Origin: Mayamaea pseudoterrestris | Taxonomy: Eukaryota | Direction: 5' to 3' | NCBI GenBank assembly: GCA_027923505.1 | Contig: BROI01000002.1 | Location: forward strand, 744,001-808,000 | DNA length: 64,000 nucleotides | In this document: in pieces, positions 58,715 to 64,000 of the stretch | Layout of the letters: every line of letters begins with the position of its first letter | Numbering within the stretch: the stretch's first letter is position 1 | Program-made: the position numbers and the translations under genes | Notes under the pieces: generated by a model | What the model was told of the DNA's origin: nothing | Database searches by the model: none | The model's input: only the letters and a program-made list of their open reading frames with translations

Positions 58715-60076
58715 ATGTTCAAGTCGAATACAGCTATGCATATATGCCTATTTCTATTCGCTGCTTTGTTTTGCAGCAGTGACGCTTTCGTGGTAAACTC
58801 TTTCAGTCACGCCGTTCCAGCAAGAAACAGTGTCGACTCGAGGAAACAGCATGATGCACAATCTTTGCTGTATGCCGCCAATGAACAATCATCCGAAGCC
58901 ATCAAGCAAAACATTGAAGTCATGCGACTAGAAGCGAAGCGACGATTGGAGGCGCTCCATGTACGCATGGAGGAGTTGAAGCAGCATCAAGTTGAAACGC
59001 AAGAGAAGACTAGTGAGCAAACTATAACAGTGCGCGACAAGGACGGCTCGGCTACTGCAGAATTGACAGCTACAAGCAATGCAGCAATAGTAGACACTGT
59101 ACGGACGCAAAACGCCGACAATAACTATTCACTCGATAGCATGGAAGGGGATTGGGTGGAGTCAACCATTGCATCATCACAATCAGCAACAGCTGCTGCT
59201 ACCTCACCAGTAGTCGCAGTGCCGCCATATCTAAATACTCGCATTGACACGGATCTCTTGACAGACACGCGATGGAAGGTGGCCTACAATATTGGCCGCG
59301 AAGCTGGAACATGGATGCCAAAGGAGTGGGGCAGGTCGGGAGACCGATTGATATTTCAAATTGTCATGGACTTTACCAATGAACCGTCGTTTGACCGGGA
59401 CGACTTTTTCCAAGGCGTTGCTGGTGCCAAAGTACTCAATGTCGTGGAAGCGTGGGTGCTTCCAAGTGGTGTGGGTCGAAATAGTCATGGCAGGCAAGCC
59501 ATGCGCGTCAAAGCAACGGGCGCCTACAAGATACTACCGGGCCTTGGGCCGTGCGGCACCAACATTGTGCGCTTCTACGTGGAACTTGAGGATCAAGTCA
59601 GTGCAACACCCGATTCGGACGTTTCCTGTCCTCAAGGACGAGTGTATGCCACCTGCGGGTACTTTCCAAAGCGCTCCAAACAAAATGGAGTTGCCTCGTG
59701 GAAGGAACGAATGGATGATGAGCATCATGCGTACGTCGTTCGATACGAGCAACTGCAGCGACAGATTGAAGCCGATGGCCGGCTCTTTAGCTTGGAAAAG
59801 ATAAAGCTCATGAAGGAATCCTACATGGTGAGACAAGAATTGGAGCAAGCAACCATGCGTCTGCAGGAGGCTCGTCAGCGAGACCCCGAAAGGTCGCAGC
59901 TCCGCATGACGCGCGATGGCCGCGTCGGATTGACCAAAGAGGGTGGTGTTTGTCGCAAGGTCCAAAAGGGAGTGGCAATGGAGTATCATATACTGGGACG
60001 CATTGAGCTGGCTTGCATTGACAAGCATGAGGCGCATGACGACTACCAAGAATTGGTTCATCAGCTGCATCCCTGA
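58715..60076 (+). CDS. Plastid-targeted hypothetical protein with coiled coils
   Basis: 453-aa ORF; signal peptide plus SDA-FVV; globular region RWKVAYNIGREAGTWMPKEWGRSGDRL. Confidence 0.8.
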   Translation: MFKSNTAMHICLFLFAALFCSSDAFVVNSFSHAVPARNSVDSRKQHDAQSLLYAANEQSSEAIKQNIEVMRLEAKRRLEALHVRMEELKQHQVETQEKTSEQTITVRDKDGSATAELTATSNAAIVDTVRTQNADNNYSLDSMEGDWVESTIASSQSATAAATSPVVAVPPYLNTRIDTDLLTDTRWKVAYNIGREAGTWMPKEWGRSGDRLIFQIVMDFTNEPSFDRDDFFQGVAGAKVLNVVEAWVLPSGVGRNSHGRQAMRVKATGAYKILPGLGPCGTNIVRFYVELEDQVSATPDSDVSCPQGRVYATCGYFPKRSKQNGVASWKERMDDEHHAYVVRYEQLQRQIEADGRLFSLEKIKLMKESYMVRQELEQATMRLQEARQRDPERSQLRMTRDGRVGLTKEGGVCRKVQKGVAMEYHILGRIELACIDKHEAHDDYQELVHQLHP

Positions 60077-60178
60077 ATTCTTGGCTGACAAACTGGCATG
60101 CGCACAACTACGTATACGCACCATCTCCTATTCACTCACTCATGCATCTTATATATTAAGCACCCATTCTATTTTTTA

Positions 60179-60904
60179 TCATAGTTTTGAATCATTGTCA
60201 TTATTCGCAAACAAGGATCGATACGCCGCCGCTTCCTCGGCCATTTGCGCTAACGTTCGATCCGTTCGATCCTTGTCGTCAGCGACTGCTAGCGTGCTGT
60301 TCACAACAAGTTCATCACGCGGAGCCCATACACTCAACTCATCGTAAACGTCATCGTTGCGTTCAAAGTCATACGCGCGTCGCGGCAAAATGTGTACGTG
60401 AACATGCGGAACGCTCTGTCCAGCTGCTCGGCCATCCTGCACAGCCACGTTGAAGGCATTGCAATCTGTATAGTGTTGCTTTAGCATGGTTTGCGTCGCC
60501 CGCACCACCAGCCAAAGGTCGATATATTCTTCGTTTGTCAAGTCTTGCAGCTGTGGAACGACGCGTTTCGGACTGACCAACACGTGGCCCGAAACGATGG
60601 GACGCAGATTGCAAAAGCCAAAGGATAGGTGCGTGCGGTGAAAGATGGAATCAGCCGGAATAATGAACCTCCCAAACAACAAATCTCCTTCCTCCTTCAA
60701 GTCTTTGGATGCTGTCATACTAGTTGTTGTCAATGATTTTCGTATTAATGAGATTCTTGCTTGACTTGACGCAGTAGAGGCGCGAGGAAAAAGTGCAAAG
60801 GATGTTGCTGCTCCTCCACCTTGTCTTCTTCCAAGACGAAAGCCGCAACTGGTACGCGATGAAAGACAGTATACACAGAAAGGGTAGCTATGTCGGTTCA
60901 GCAT
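60179..60904 (-). CDS. FHIT: Bis(5'-adenosyl)-triphosphatase (FHIT/Hnt2 family HIT protein) with N-terminal extension
   Basis: NLRPIVSGHVLV, VQDGRAAGQSVPHVHVHILPR, NDDVY, RTLAQMAEEA..YR. Confidence 0.92.
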   Translation of the reverse strand: MLNRHSYPFCVYCLSSRTSCGFRLGRRQGGGAATSFALFPRASTASSQARISLIRKSLTTTSMTASKDLKEEGDLLFGRFIIPADSIFHRTHLSFGFCNLRPIVSGHVLVSPKRVVPQLQDLTNEEYIDLWLVVRATQTMLKQHYTDCNAFNVAVQDGRAAGQSVPHVHVHILPRRAYDFERNDDVYDELSVWAPRDELVVNSTLAVADDKDRTDRTLAQMAEEAAAYRSLFANNDNDSKL

Positions 60905-61435
60905 TGGCTAGATATTATAAATGATGCACATGTCTGCATGTATGATGATGGGCTGAATTTTTTTTTGATCCAGTTGCTGGTTGCTAGCCTACCGGTATGA
61001 ACGGAAACGGATCCGTCGTCACCGCCGCGCTCATCCGAGTCGTGGTGAGACTCTTGCGCATGCTGAATGATTAGTTGTCTCCGGGTTGCTTTCAGGATCC
61101 GTCCGTGTAATCGGATCTTGATCGTGTTTTGCGCAATGCGAAAGATTGAGCTGCTGCACCTTGCTGCTTTGCCGATGACAATGGTTCAACAATCTAATAC
61201 AGCATGATGTGTGGATGAGATAAGCAGTTGTAAGAAAGTTGCTAGCAATTCGATGCTGTAATTAAAAATGCTGATGAAGGAGCAGAGTGAGTTTCTACTT
61301 TCCATGCTCACCAATCGCTATTAGAGACTACTTTGTAGGTTGAACAGACATATGTTATTCACAGTACTTTTAACCGACTGTTTAAAACTTTAAAATTGTA
61401 CAAAACTATCAAAATCGTTTGCATACGAGTACATT

Positions 61436-62074
61436 CTACAACCCGACCATTCGTTGAACCTTTTTCCTCCACAAACCATCGCGCGTGCTTTGATAGCGCT
61501 GTTGCTTGATTTTCTCCACGGCCAAGATAGTAGCTCGCACTTCGCCACGGGCGTAACCATTGTTGCGGAGCCATTCCTCGCGGATCATGCGTGGCAGCAG
61601 CATGGCTTCCTTGGGGCGGCTCTCCGGTTTGGCTTGCTCGTAGTCGTCAAGTGAGACTTTCTGTTTGTCAAAGGCTGCCCATCGAATCGTCAGTGGAGGA
61701 CCGCCGCTGACTGATGGGTTGTCTCCCAGTAGAATGCCGTGCGAGTAAATTGCAACATCTCCAAAGGATACGGATTTCTTCAGTGGCAGCAGATGCTTGT
61801 TGAAGTTCGAAACGCTTCGTTCCAGTGACTCTGCATGAGACCGAATCTTCAGACATCCCTTTCCTTCATCGCGATGTTCACTGCTTTCGCTATTGATGGA
61901 AAAAAGCTCAAACCCAGAGTCGAGTTGAATGGTTTGCTCGGCATCGCTCGCCTGTTTTTCGGCGCGTCGCTTTCGAAGAAAACGAAGGGTACTACTGCCT
62001 TTCTTCTCGGCTGCAACCTCCTCCGTTGGTGCGATGGACTTGTTGGTAATGGTCATGCTACAATATCTGGCCAT
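61436..62074 (-). CDS. Hypothetical protein of the diatom-expanded GDNPS-motif family
   Basis: SVSFGDVAI..LGDNPSVSGGPPLTIRW..LDDYE..R. Confidence 0.75.
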   Translation of the reverse strand: MARYCSMTITNKSIAPTEEVAAEKKGSSTLRFLRKRRAEKQASDAEQTIQLDSGFELFSINSESSEHRDEGKGCLKIRSHAESLERSVSNFNKHLLPLKKSVSFGDVAIYSHGILLGDNPSVSGGPPLTIRWAAFDKQKVSLDDYEQAKPESRPKEAMLLPRMIREEWLRNNGYARGEVRATILAVEKIKQQRYQSTRDGLWRKKVQRMVGL

Positions 62075-63645
62075 GGTGAGGTAGAATTTAGGTCGCTAAT
62101 GAGGTCGTTGTAGCGGGCGTAAGCTTTGTGGAGGTTTGTTATGATGTACTGGATCGCGTGGTGCGTGAGGTTGCACCTCCGTCTGCTTCCGATCCTCGCA
62201 GAGGAAGTTGGTCCCGAAAGAACGCGTGCGTCAGGCTGAGATATTCCGACTGTGACGCTTTTAGTAGTCATCGGAATTCTCAACATAGACTTATGCCTCG
62301 TCTGGACAGTTGCTTCCATTGTCTACATTGAAGCTGAATAAGAAGGGAGTGACAGGCCCAACCAAATATCATTCATTTCTGATTGATTGAGGTCGAGGGC
62401 AATTGAAAACATAAATGACCTTGACAAACTGGCAAAGTTGTTGCGCAATTACATCCCGGTTTTGGATCAACGCAAATGCAGCTACAGCGGTACATAGAGA
62501 TACTTCCCCCTACTCGAACTTCTCATTGATAGTGCGAAGCAAGGAGGAGTGAGATGCATATGCAAGTGCCATTGCATATCCGTGATGCCGCTTTATCCGA
62601 GAGAAGAAGGACCTGAGCCATCGATCTAGAAGCTGCAAGGATGCATTTTAAAATATGACGCACGAGAGCTATGGATCAAGACAAATACAATCTAGAAATA
62701 ATGCTGGCATACGGTAAGAGCCTATTTAAAGAATACTCCTTTACTGCAAAGATTATGCAATAACCAACCGAGCGCTGTCTTTGTTGCCCTCACGCACTCA
62801 CGCATGCCGCGGCAATATATTGAAATGTGAGGTAAACTGAGAACAAGCAGAAAAATAAAGCATGAGTAGACTACAAATGCATGTTCACCGCGATAAACGT
62901 AGTGATCAAGAAAACACTCGGACATCCAAGGAAGTTGTTTTGCTCCAGGGGACGTTGCCCGTCAGCGAATACTGCAAACGTTTATGGGAAGTTCATCATC
63001 ATTGTGTTCAATAGCAACAATCTTGTTGTCTTGGTTAATTCTTACCTTGCGAGAAAAAGGTCTTGGTTATTGATGCTTGCAATGGAACGAAACATCTGAC
63101 ACTCGGTGCGGCAGCGGCAGTGCGGTGAACAGGTAGCTGCCGTGCGGCGACAAGCGTCTGGCCAGTAACGTCGCGTCCAACATCAATCGTTATGGCGTAG
63201 GAGTGATCCTCAATTAAAAATCGGAGCCCGCGTGCCGAGTGAAAAGGTGCTCTTGCTCGCTGTGGGTCGAGTTTTGAGCAAGCCAAATCATTTGCTTGCC
63301 GCACGGGATCAGCTCATCGAGTGCAAGCGTGAAGTCCCTGGTGGCCAGTGAACGATTGTCACTTCATATTTCAGCTTTTGCATCGAATCTGTGCAATGGA
63401 TGGTGTAGTGTACACAGGATTGTTGCGAGATGCGAGATGTGAGGTGATTCATATCGGATGCGATGCGCAACATTCGATGGATGTGCGTGGCTGTCGCAGC
63501 ACGACTGAATCTTTTAAGCGCGATCTTGACGTCGCAGCAACGTCAGCGGCGCGGCGGATGGTGACCATGACGAAGAAGCGAGAGCTTGATCGGCAGACAC
63601 CGACACGCCATTATAGTCACGTATTGTACCCTTGGCAGCGCAACA

Positions 63646-64000
63646 ATGAAGATGCTAATTACTATAATGCTCCTTATGGGCTCCTGCGCGGCATGGTCAT
63701 CATCACCGTCGCGTCGGTCGTTTCTCGATCAAGTCGCCGCGTCAACGACAGCCATTGTCGGTGGCATGTCCTTGGCGGCGACCAACAATCTGCAACCGGC
63801 CATCGCCGTCAGCGGCTTGAACAAGGTCAATGCTCGTTTGGCTGGATTCGGGCTGGTGCCGTATGAAGGCCTTCCGGATGGATTCACGGTGCTTTCCGAA
63901 ATTTGGGGACGAGGAAAGAACCGATTTCCATTGCTGGTATCCTTTGCCCATCCCATAACGTGGGTCGTGACGCTTCCAAGCAACAATGTCAATGGAGAGG
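63646..64000 (+). CDS. Thylakoid-lumen protein (possibly PsbP-like), 3'-partial
   Basis: Not in the ORF track because it has no stop in the window. Reads MKMLITIMLLMGSCAA-WSSSPSRRSFLDQVAASTTAIVGGMSLAATNNLQPAIA-VSGLNKVNARLAGFGL..., i.e. ER signal, twin-Arg motif and AxA site. Confidence 0.7.
   Translation, partial: MKMLITIMLLMGSCAAWSSSPSRRSFLDQVAASTTAIVGGMSLAATNNLQPAIAVSGLNKVNARLAGFGLVPYEGLPDGFTVLSEIWGRGKNRFPLLVSFAHPITWVVTLPSNNVNGE

Overview
Gene-dense eukaryotic DNA with short GT-AG introns, almost certainly from a diatom: several proteins carry bipartite ER-signal plus ASAF-type plastid presequences, and diatom-type gene families are present. The species cannot be fixed from sequence alone. 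There are about 24 host genes. They include two paralogous type-II membrane mucin-like proteins (one with an array of four 48-bp micro-exons, the other with an in-frame TAG), an mTERF-ankyrin fusion, a UBX/ZFAND1-like protein, a kinase-HAD-UPRTase fusion, THUMPD1, MRPL3, a trigger-factor N-domain protein, a CDPK, ThrRS, a triple-NURR protein, a membrane adenylyl-cyclase-like protein lacking both metal-binding Asp, NDUFV1, SPCS3, a receptor-like TKL kinase, MED14, FHIT and a 3'-partial Tat-targeted lumen protein. The standout is a young 9.06-kb Ty1/copia LTR retrotransposon at 49596-58651 (TSD CGCCG). It has three 301-bp LTRs with non-canonical AG...TA ends and a duplicated gag. Its gag and pol are in the same frame, separated only by a single UGA-C stop (candidate readthrough), and a hydrophobic plus basic ~300-aa segment lies between Gag and protease. 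The element also has a half-tRNA-style PBS and internal PPT copies, and it sits between a duplicated 28-bp promoter motif and the ATG of the downstream gene. Exon boundaries and domain calls are by eye; no database searches were run.
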